Under the pieces are notes generated by a model that was given only the letters and a program-made list of their open reading frames with translations, did no database searches and was not told the origin of the DNA. This document shows, one piece after another, positions 6,690 through 14,042 of a stretch of DNA of 20,000 nucleotides. Source of the DNA: an uncultured virus (IMG/VR IMGVR_UViG_3300020499_000002) (taxonomy: Duplodnaviria; Heunggongvirae; Uroviricota; Caudoviricetes); IMG/VR virus record IMGVR_UViG_3300020499_000002; one strand, 5' to 3'. Both the position numbers and the translations under genes were made by a program. The stretch's first letter is position 1; every line of letters starts with the position of its first letter.

Positions 6690-9600
6690 ATGGCAGATAA
6701 AGATTTCGTCGTAAAAAATGGTCTAGTTACCGGAACTAATAACGTCACAATAGGTAACTCAGTATATATAGTTGCCAATGGCAACGTCGGCGTTGGCACT
6801 GATACCCCTAATGCTCTGGTGACTATTGTAGGTCCAACCACTAACGCAACTAATTTAAATATTAATGGTTTGACAGTAACTTATAATAGTAACACGTTTA
6901 ATAATTCTTCCAATGTAGGCGGAGCTGCTATTGGTGGATATAATGCTAACGGTTTTGGCGTTTTAGGTAGATCTGGTCCTGGTATAGGCGTTATTGGTGT
7001 TGCTAATGTTGGTGGTGGATATGGCGTTGGAGGTTACGCCCATTCAACGGCAGATTCTTTTTCGGTCGCAGGCTATTTTCTCAACCAAAGTAATGGTATT
7101 GGCGTTAGAGCAGCATCAGTTTCTGGTAGACCGTTCGTTGTTGCTAATGCCACAGTAGATATTATGACTGTGATTTCTAATGGTAATATTGGTATAGGAG
7201 ATTCTTCTCCTGCAGTTAGATTAGTTGTTAATGGATCAATCAATGCTACTAGTATAAACGCTGCTTCTTATACAGTTGGAACATCATTCACTGCTAATTC
7301 TACTCTAGTAAACGTTGTTTCTTTATCAGTTTCTACTAACACATCTACCTTCGGTACAGCAGCCCGAATAGTTGCTAACGGCAACATCGGTATAGGAACT
7401 GCTACCCCTAATTCTCTAGTAACTATTGTAGGTCCGGCTGCTAATGCAACCAATTTAGATATTAATGGTTTGACAGTAACTTATAATAGTAACACATTCA
7501 CTAATTCGGTAAATACTGGTGCTGCAGCTATTGGTGGATATAATGCTAACGGTTTTGGTGTTCTTGGTAAATCAGGGGCTGGTATAGGCGTTATTGGTGT
7601 TGCTAATGTTGGTGGCGGTCAAGGAGTTGCAGGTTACGCCCATTCAACGGCAGATTCTTCTTCAATTGCAGGATATTTCTTTAATCAAAGTAATGGTACT
7701 GGAGTCTATGCTAGATCTTTTGGCGGTAGACCATTCGTTGCTGCTAGTAATACTGCAGAATATATGAGCATTTCAGCTAACGGTAATATTGGTATAGGAG
7801 ATTCAACCCCTGCAGTTAGATTAGTTGTTAATGGATCAATCAATGCTACTAGTATAAACGCAGTTTCTCATACAGTTGGAACATCATTCACTGCCAATTC
7901 TACTCTAGTAAACGCTGTTTCGCTAGTAGTGTCAACTAACACTTCTACTTTTGGCACAGCAGCCCGAATAGTTGCCAATGGTAACATTGGCGTTGGTACT
8001 GCTACTCCTGGTGAAAAAATTACTGTCATTAGTACCGATAGTACAGGGGCTGCGGGATTTCAAACTTTATCTGGAACTGCGACAGCTCTGGGAGCTGCAG
8101 CTAATGCTGGCGTTGGAGCTTATATCCAATCTAGAACTGGTAGGCCATTAGTTGTTGCTAATAATACTACAGAATTTTTCCAAGTTGTTGCTAATGGCAA
8201 CGTCGGCGTTGGCACTGCTACCCCTAATTCTCTAGTAACTATTGTAGGCCCAACCGCTAATGCTACTAACCTAGATATTAATGGTCTAACAGTTACCTAT
8301 AATAGTAACACATTCACCAGTTCTTCTAATGTAGGCGGAGCTGCTATTGGTGGGTATAACGCCAATGGTTTTGCTGTTCTTGGTAGATCTAGCGCTGGTA
8401 TAGGTATTGTTGGAGTTGCTAACTCTGGTAGCGGTATTGCTATTGCAGGTTATGCTCATGCAACAACTAATTCTTCTGCGCATGCAGGTTTTTTCTTGAA
8501 TTCAAGTAATGGAATTGGCGTTAGAGCGGCGGTCTCAACAGGTGGTAGACCTTTCGTTGCTTCTAATGCTACTGTAGAATTTATGTCTGTTGAAGCTAAT
8601 GGCAACATTGGTTTCGGCAATTCATCGCCTAGATCTAAATTACATATAACCAGAAGTTCGGGCGCCAGCGCCGCTGGCGAAATATATTTGGATGAAGGTT
8701 TATATTGGTCCATGTTGAACAGTCGGTCGACCGTTGGCGCTTGGAATCCATTAGTACAAACTAATGATCATACTTTAATATATTCTGATGGTTCGGCTGA
8801 TACTGGCGCTTTGGTCATTGGACCATGGTCTTCTGATAACAAAGGTATGCGTATCGCTAGTAATGGTAGCATTGGTATTGGTACTGCTACTCCTGGCGAA
8901 AGAATTACTGTAATTAGCGCCGATGGTAGAGGAGCTGGATTTTTTCTATCCAATACAGGTAATGGTTTGAGTAGCAAAACTGAAAATGGTTTTGCTGGAA
9001 TTATTGGTGTATCTAACTCTAGTTCATCATCTGTCGCTATTGCTGGTTACGCTAATACTGGATATGGTGGTTATTTTCAAACTTTCTTTGGGACGCAGAC
9101 AGCTCTAGCAGCTGTAGCTAATGCTGGAGTTGCAGTTTACGCTCAATCCGGAACTGGTAGACCATTAGTTGTTGCTAATAATACTGTAGAATTTATGTCT
9201 GTTCAAGCTAATGGCGCTGTTTTATTTGCTGGCACTCATCATAATATATCCAGTCTCGGTGGAGTTTTTAGGACTGGCGCTGGCGATTATGGTGTTAGAA
9301 TTTATCCAGGTGGCGGTAGTGATTCGAATACTGCTATATTACAATTCACAAACGCTGCTCAAAATACACAAACAGCCCAAATCGCAGTAAATTCTGCAGG
9401 TCTTTTTGTGGGTACTTCTGTTAGCACCTCTGTTTATTTTGTAGCCGGTGGTTCAGTAAAGGCCACATTAGATCCAAGTGGTAATTTCGTCGCCAATGGT
9501 AATATTACTGCATTTGGCGCGACTTCCGACGAAAGATTGAAAGAAAATATTACACCATTTTCAAACACACTAGATAAAGTAAAAAGACTTCAAGGCGTTA

Positions 9601-9827
9601 CTTATAATTGGAAAAAAGGAACCGCTGAACGTGATTTTGCTGGTATCAATAATGATATTGGTTTGATTGCACAGAACGTCCAAGAAGTATTTCCAGATCT
9701 AGTTCGTGAAAGCGAAGACGGTTATCTTTCTTTGCGCGATAGAGGTTTGTTTGCAATTCTAATCGAAGCAATCAAAGAACAACAAAATCAAATTGATGAA
9801 CTTAAAAAAATGTTGGAGAATAAATAA
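6690..9827 (+). CDS. Long tail fibre protein with repeated NGNxGxG modules and C-terminal intramolecular chaperone (peptidase S74)
   Basis: Rich in G/N/S/T/A/V with recurrent ANGNIGIGT.TP fibre motifs. C-terminal SDERLKENI...GVTYNWK...IGLIAQNVQEVFPDLV...LIEAIKEQQNQIDELK is the S74 auto-cleaving chaperone signature. Confidence 0.88.
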   Translation: MADKDFVVKNGLVTGTNNVTIGNSVYIVANGNVGVGTDTPNALVTIVGPTTNATNLNINGLTVTYNSNTFNNSSNVGGAAIGGYNANGFGVLGRSGPGIGVIGVANVGGGYGVGGYAHSTADSFSVAGYFLNQSNGIGVRAASVSGRPFVVANATVDIMTVISNGNIGIGDSSPAVRLVVNGSINATSINAASYTVGTSFTANSTLVNVVSLSVSTNTSTFGTAARIVANGNIGIGTATPNSLVTIVGPAANATNLDINGLTVTYNSNTFTNSVNTGAAAIGGYNANGFGVLGKSGAGIGVIGVANVGGGQGVAGYAHSTADSSSIAGYFFNQSNGTGVYARSFGGRPFVAASNTAEYMSISANGNIGIGDSTPAVRLVVNGSINATSINAVSHTVGTSFTANSTLVNAVSLVVSTNTSTFGTAARIVANGNIGVGTATPGEKITVISTDSTGAAGFQTLSGTATALGAAANAGVGAYIQSRTGRPLVVANNTTEFFQVVANGNVGVGTATPNSLVTIVGPTANATNLDINGLTVTYNSNTFTSSSNVGGAAIGGYNANGFAVLGRSSAGIGIVGVANSGSGIAIAGYAHATTNSSAHAGFFLNSSNGIGVRAAVSTGGRPFVASNATVEFMSVEANGNIGFGNSSPRSKLHITRSSGASAAGEIYLDEGLYWSMLNSRSTVGAWNPLVQTNDHTLIYSDGSADTGALVIGPWSSDNKGMRIASNGSIGIGTATPGERITVISADGRGAGFFLSNTGNGLSSKTENGFAGIIGVSNSSSSSVAIAGYANTGYGGYFQTFFGTQTALAAVANAGVAVYAQSGTGRPLVVANNTVEFMSVQANGAVLFAGTHHNISSLGGVFRTGAGDYGVRIYPGGGSDSNTAILQFTNAAQNTQTAQIAVNSAGLFVGTSVSTSVYFVAGGSVKATLDPSGNFVANGNITAFGATSDERLKENITPFSNTLDKVKRLQGVTYNWKKGTAERDFAGINNDIGLIAQNVQEVFPDLVRESEDGYLSLRDRGLFAILIEAIKEQQNQIDELKKMLENK
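6768..7967 (+). repeat. Tandem direct duplication with exact 600-bp (200-aa) period inside the tail fibre
   Basis: For example 6861 attaatggtttgacagtaacttataatagt recurs at 7461, and 7221 ttagttgttaatggatcaatcaatgctact recurs at 7821. Confidence 0.95.
8187..8615 (+). repeat. Third, dispersed copy of the ~135-aa A module of the tail fibre
   Basis: NGNVGVGTATPNSLVTIVGPTANATNLDINGLTVTYNSNTF...GRPFVASNATVEFM matches the copies at about 6771 and 7371. Confidence 0.9.
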
Positions 9828-10543
9828 TGCCAACACCGAGTACTGGCGCTATATCATTTTCTGACATTGCAAGTATTGTTTATAACAATGCAACAGCTCA
9901 AATAAGTTTAAATGATACTAATGTTAGAATTTTATTAGATGTTCCTACTAGTGCAGCGCAGATAAGTATGACAAATGCACGAGGCAAACCTGTAGCAGGA
10001 AGTAATAGTTACAGCACTCCTGGAACGTATACATTTCTAACTCTTCCATATCAAACATTAAATGTTGATGTCAGAGGTGCTGGTGGCGGCGGTGGAGGTG
10101 GCGGAACATTTTTTTACCCATGCGGGTTTTTAGGCGATTGCCCTGGTTTGCCTGGCACAAATGGCGGAGAATCAAGATTTGTTTCTTCAACTCCAGTAAT
10201 TGGAGGAGGCGGGTTTGGTGGAAATAGTGCACCGGGGTGCGGCGGAAGTGGTCCTGGGGGAGGAAACGGAACTGGTTCTGGTGGCACTAATCAAGGCGCA
10301 GGCGGCGGCGCTGGTGGCGCTGGAGGAGATCCAAATGGTGGATGCGGCGGCCTATCGGGTGGTACAGGAAATAGACAGACTAAATCTTGGACTTTCAATT
10401 CTACAGCGGGTCATCCTACTTGGTCAACAAGTTATCAGGTAGTAGTAGGTCAAGGCGGCGCTGGTGGTGGCGGAAATCCTACATGGGGCGGCGGCACCGG
10501 TGGAACAGGTGCCAATGGTTCTGTTTTGATATCTTGGAGTTAA
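9827..10543 (+). CDS. Glycine-rich tail fibre tip protein / putative adhesin (gp38-like)
   Basis: Translationally coupled to the fibre gene (TAATG). Short N-terminal domain followed by many GxGGGGG/GGxGG motifs (GAGGGGGGGG, GGGGFGG, GAGGGAGGAGG, VGQGGAGGGG), ending in GSVLISWS. Confidence 0.65.
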   Translation: MPTPSTGAISFSDIASIVYNNATAQISLNDTNVRILLDVPTSAAQISMTNARGKPVAGSNSYSTPGTYTFLTLPYQTLNVDVRGAGGGGGGGGTFFYPCGFLGDCPGLPGTNGGESRFVSSTPVIGGGGFGGNSAPGCGGSGPGGGNGTGSGGTNQGAGGGAGGAGGDPNGGCGGLSGGTGNRQTKSWTFNSTAGHPTWSTSYQVVVGQGGAGGGGNPTWGGGTGGTGANGSVLISWS

Positions 10544-10545
10544 AC

Positions 10546-11103
10546 ATGACAGAAAAATTTTTTATTCAAATTAAAAACAATAAACCATATGAGCACCCGA
10601 TTGCAGAATGGAACATGAGATTACTTTTTTCAGATTTTGATCCTGACAATCCACCAGAAGGTTATGCTAGATTTATAAGAAAGCCATTACCAGACGTCGC
10701 AATTCATCAAAAACTTTCTTCTGTTCATTATATTAGTGACGAGGAGTTATCTAAAGAATACAATACTGAAATATGGACAGATCATTACGAAATAACATCG
10801 CTTTCTGAAGAAGAAATAATACAATTAGCTATTCAATCTGTAAAAGATTATAATGAGAACATGAGAAAAATTATGAATGCGCCGTATTCTGCGCCTGACG
10901 ATGGCAATTATTATATTTGGTCTGTTTCTTCTAACAATTGGATTAAAAAACCTGAGAATTTTGATGAATTGTTATCAAAATATTATAAAAAAATAAAAGA
11001 ATACGGATTATTAGAAACTAGACCCGAAGACTTAGATAAAATAGACAAAACACAATTATTAGAATTGCAGAATTTATTTAACGAACTTGTGATTGATAAA
11101 TAG
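10546..11103 (+). CDS. Hypothetical protein, possibly a tail-fibre assembly/chaperone-like protein
   Basis: Likely start is ATG 10546 (GGAG about 6 nt upstream). The longer 10387 ORF overlaps the Gly-rich gene with implausible sequence. Contains APDDGNYYIW...NNW and lies directly after the fibre and adhesin genes. Confidence 0.6.
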   Translation: MTEKFFIQIKNNKPYEHPIAEWNMRLLFSDFDPDNPPEGYARFIRKPLPDVAIHQKLSSVHYISDEELSKEYNTEIWTDHYEITSLSEEEIIQLAIQSVKDYNENMRKIMNAPYSAPDDGNYYIWSVSSNNWIKKPENFDELLSKYYKKIKEYGLLETRPEDLDKIDKTQLLELQNLFNELVIDK

Positions 11104-11105
11104 TC

Positions 11106-11309
11106 ATGAAAGACGTTAAAGAAGTTTGGAAAGAAAGAAGTAAAAAATCTAAAGAAAGATTAGAAGTTTGCAATCAATGCGAAAAATTCGATAAGACATT
11201 TTTTACATGTAAAGAATGTGGATGTTTTATGAAATTTAAAACTCTATTCCCCGAATCTAGATGTCCGCTCGCTAAGTGGAATAGTTACTCAGAAAATCAG
11301 GAACAATAA
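11106..11309 (+). CDS. Small Cys-rich, putative metal-binding protein (DUF6171-like)
   Basis: RLEVCNQC...CKECGCFM..K......CPLAKW, six Cys. Fills the gap between neighbouring genes exactly. Confidence 0.7.
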   Translation: MKDVKEVWKERSKKSKERLEVCNQCEKFDKTFFTCKECGCFMKFKTLFPESRCPLAKWNSYSENQEQ

Positions 11310-12050
11310 ATGGCAATCCCAACAACAAGAGCAGAATTTGTTGAAAATTGTTTACGAAGATTGGGTAAACCAGTCATCGAAATAAACGTTGACGATGACC
11401 AAGTTTCCGATCGTATTGACGAAGCTCTACGATATTTTTGGGATTATCACTTTGATGGTTCTGAAAAAACATATTACAAAAGACAAATTGATCAAACTGA
11501 TATAGATAACAAGTATATTACGCTTCCAGAAAATATTATTGGCGCTGTAAACATTTTTCCTCTTGGTTCAGCTCTTGGTTTGAACAACTTATTCAATATT
11601 CGTTATCAAATTGCGCTTAATGATCTTTATACTCTAACATCTGTTTCAATGGTTCCATATTATATGGCCATGAATCATGTTCAGTTTCTTGAACAGATGC
11701 TAGTCGGTCAACAACCATTGAGATACAATCGTCATATTAATAAACTATATATTGATATGTCTTGGGATCAAATTGCTGTTGGTAATTATTTAATCGTTGA
11801 AGCATATCAAGTCGTAGATCCTGATGTTTATACTGATGCATGGGCTGATAGATGGTTAGGTAGATATGCAGCTTGTTTAATCAAACAGCAATGGGGTCAA
11901 AACCTTAAGAAGTTTGAAGGTATGAAAATGCCAGGTGGACTGACTTTTAATGGTCAAAAAATATACGATGAAGCCACTCAGGAAAGAGCAGATCTAGAGC
12001 GTGAAATGATTTACAGCTATAGTTTACCAGCAACCGATATGATCGGATAA
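11310..12050 (+). CDS. gp13: Neck protein (head-tail adaptor), T4 gp13-like
   Basis: CLRRLGKPVIEINVDDDQ..DRIDEAL..F.DYHFDG and KQQWGQNL.KF.G..MPGG.T.NG motifs; T4 synteny. Confidence 0.93.
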   Translation: MAIPTTRAEFVENCLRRLGKPVIEINVDDDQVSDRIDEALRYFWDYHFDGSEKTYYKRQIDQTDIDNKYITLPENIIGAVNIFPLGSALGLNNLFNIRYQIALNDLYTLTSVSMVPYYMAMNHVQFLEQMLVGQQPLRYNRHINKLYIDMSWDQIAVGNYLIVEAYQVVDPDVYTDAWADRWLGRYAACLIKQQWGQNLKKFEGMKMPGGLTFNGQKIYDEATQERADLEREMIYSYSLPATDMIG

Positions 12051-12052
12051 TC

Positions 12053-12781
12053 ATGGCCACCAATTTTTTCTTCAATAATTTTCAAGCATCTCAGGAGCAG
12101 CTGCTTCTTGAGAATTTGATTGTTGAATCAATAAAAATATACGGCCACGATATATACTACGTTCCACGTAAATTAAATAATTACGATGACGTTTATGGAG
12201 CAGACGATCAATCTTCATATGAAGTAGCATATCCAATAGAAATGTATATTAAATCTATTGATGGATTCAGCGGCGATCAAGAATTCCTTTCTAAGTTTGG
12301 CGTTGAAATCCGTAATCAAGTTGTGTTCTCGGTCGCTCGTAGAATTTTTAACGATGAAGTCGGAGAGTTTACTACTCAGGTAAGACCAAACGAAGGAGAC
12401 TTAATTTGGTTTCCATTAAATCAAAGAGCCTTTCAAATAAAATATGTAAACAAGTATGAAATGTTCTATCAGCTTGGAGCTTTGCAGACATGGGAAATGA
12501 CCTGTGAAGTATTCGAGTATTCAGGCGAACTTATTAATACTGGTATTCCTGAAATAGATGCTATTCAGAAAAAGTATGATACTAATATTCTTGATTGGGT
12601 CATTAAACAAGAAAGTTCAATCAAAACTCCTATCTTAACTGAAGACGGAGATTACATAGTTCTGGAAAATTCTTCAATGAACGATCTTATACCTGCTTCT
12701 GATAATGATGAAATACAACAAGAGTCAGATTTATTTGTAGACTTTAGTTCAATAGATCCATTTAGCGAAGGTAAAATTTAA
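12053..12781 (+). CDS. gp14: Neck protein (head closure), T4 gp14-like
   Basis: EQLLLENLIVESIKIYG.D.YY.PR, LSKFG, RPNEGDLIWFP, FYQLG and CEVFEYSGE motifs; synteny. Confidence 0.92.
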   Translation: MATNFFFNNFQASQEQLLLENLIVESIKIYGHDIYYVPRKLNNYDDVYGADDQSSYEVAYPIEMYIKSIDGFSGDQEFLSKFGVEIRNQVVFSVARRIFNDEVGEFTTQVRPNEGDLIWFPLNQRAFQIKYVNKYEMFYQLGALQTWEMTCEVFEYSGELINTGIPEIDAIQKKYDTNILDWVIKQESSIKTPILTEDGDYIVLENSSMNDLIPASDNDEIQQESDLFVDFSSIDPFSEGKI

Positions 12782-13638
12782 TGTTTGGTTCACCGTTTTA
12801 TTTTGGTCTTATAAGAAAATATGTAATTCTCATGGGAACTTTGCTAAATCAGATTCGTATTACTAGAACAAACACAGCCGGGGATGTTACTGCTCTTTTA
12901 AGAGTGCCAATTACATATGCTCCTAAAGATAAAATGCTGGCTCGTATTACACAAGATCCAGGTTTAGACGCCCAAACAGCAGTAGCGCCATTGCCTATGA
13001 TCTCTTTCGAGATGGGCAAAATGGTTTACGATGGCTCTAGAAAATTAAACACTATTGGTAAGGTTTCTGTCAAAGACGCTACTGACGCTGATAAGTTCAA
13101 ATATCAATATAATCCTGTTCCTTACAATATAGATTTTAAGGTTTTTATCTACGCTAAAAACGCTGAAGATGGAACTAAAATTATTGAACAGATACTTCCA
13201 TATTTTACTCCAGATTGGACTACCACTTGTAATTTAATTCCTGAAGTTAATGTTACAATGGACATACCAATCATTCTAAATAACATTAGTTATTCTGATA
13301 ATTACGATGGAGCTTATACTGAAAGAAGAGCTATAATTTGGCAGTTGGACTTTGTTTTGAAGGGGTATCTTTACGGACCTGTTAAATCTTCTGGTATCAT
13401 TAAGTTCGTCAGAACACAGTTTTATATACCCTCTACAAATACTGCCGCTCAGGGTAGAGGTATAACTCAAATGGCAGAGAAGGTAACAGTTCAGCCAGGT
13501 TTAGACGCTAATGGCAATCCTATAAATTACTATGGTGGCCCAAACGCCAACACAGGAACTGTGCCTTATATTGAAATAAATTCTGATGATGATTATGGTT
13601 TCATAACTCAAATCTATAACACTGATGAGATTGAATGA
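12781..13638 (+). CDS. gp15: Tail sheath stabiliser / tail terminator, T4 gp15-like
   Basis: IRKYVILMGTL, VPITYAPKDK, LPMISFEM, PVPYNIDF, QILPYFTP and YLYGPV motifs; synteny. Confidence 0.92.
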   Translation: MFGSPFYFGLIRKYVILMGTLLNQIRITRTNTAGDVTALLRVPITYAPKDKMLARITQDPGLDAQTAVAPLPMISFEMGKMVYDGSRKLNTIGKVSVKDATDADKFKYQYNPVPYNIDFKVFIYAKNAEDGTKIIEQILPYFTPDWTTTCNLIPEVNVTMDIPIILNNISYSDNYDGAYTERRAIIWQLDFVLKGYLYGPVKSSGIIKFVRTQFYIPSTNTAAQGRGITQMAEKVTVQPGLDANGNPINYYGGPNANTGTVPYIEINSDDDYGFITQIYNTDEIE

Positions 13639-14042
13639 CAGAAAAAAATGATGAAACGGATAAGAATCTTACTCCGTTACAATATGAAAAACAAATTGAC
13701 AATTTGATAGCAAAAGCTCATGATGATTCTGCTAGAAGTGATTTCGAAGCAGCTCGAGCTAATCTTTACGAAGTTATTCAAACAGGTCAAGAAGCAATTG
13801 ATAAGCTATCTGAAATAGCTGGTCAATCGCAGCATCCACGTGCGTTCGAAGTTCTTGCTAAGTTGATGGATACAGTTGTCAACACCAATAAAGAACTGTT
13901 AGAATTACAAACAAAAATAAGAGACATTGACGCTAAGGATTCTCCTATAAGCGAAAAAGCTCAGACTATCAATAACAATCTATTTGTAGGATCGACAGCA
14001 GAGTTACAAAAAGTTCTTAAGGATATGAAGAACAATGAATGA
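13635..14042 (+). CDS. gp16: Terminase small subunit, T4 gp16-like
   Basis: DFEAARANL, HPRAFEVLAKL and NNNLFVGSTAELQK motifs; directly upstream of the large terminase. Confidence 0.9.
   Translation: MTEKNDETDKNLTPLQYEKQIDNLIAKAHDDSARSDFEAARANLYEVIQTGQEAIDKLSEIAGQSQHPRAFEVLAKLMDTVVNTNKELLELQTKIRDIDAKDSPISEKAQTINNNLFVGSTAELQKVLKDMKNNE

Noticed and set aside
6768..8615. Fibre repeats as a CRISPR array or a DGR template/variable repeat pair
   Set aside because: The repeats are long, in-frame and coding, with no spacers. Differences are not adenine-specific and there is no reverse transcriptase in the window.
5714..8977. Short alternative ORFs 5714-5962, 6629-6841, 7268-7453, 8286-8483, 8456-8713 and 8768-8977
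   Set aside because: Antisense shadows of hldE or the fibre gene, with no recognisable motifs.
10387..10545. N-terminal extension of the 10387..11103 ORF
   Set aside because: It is an off-frame reading of the Gly-rich gene (RRRWWWRK). ATG 10546 has an SD and follows the upstream stop.
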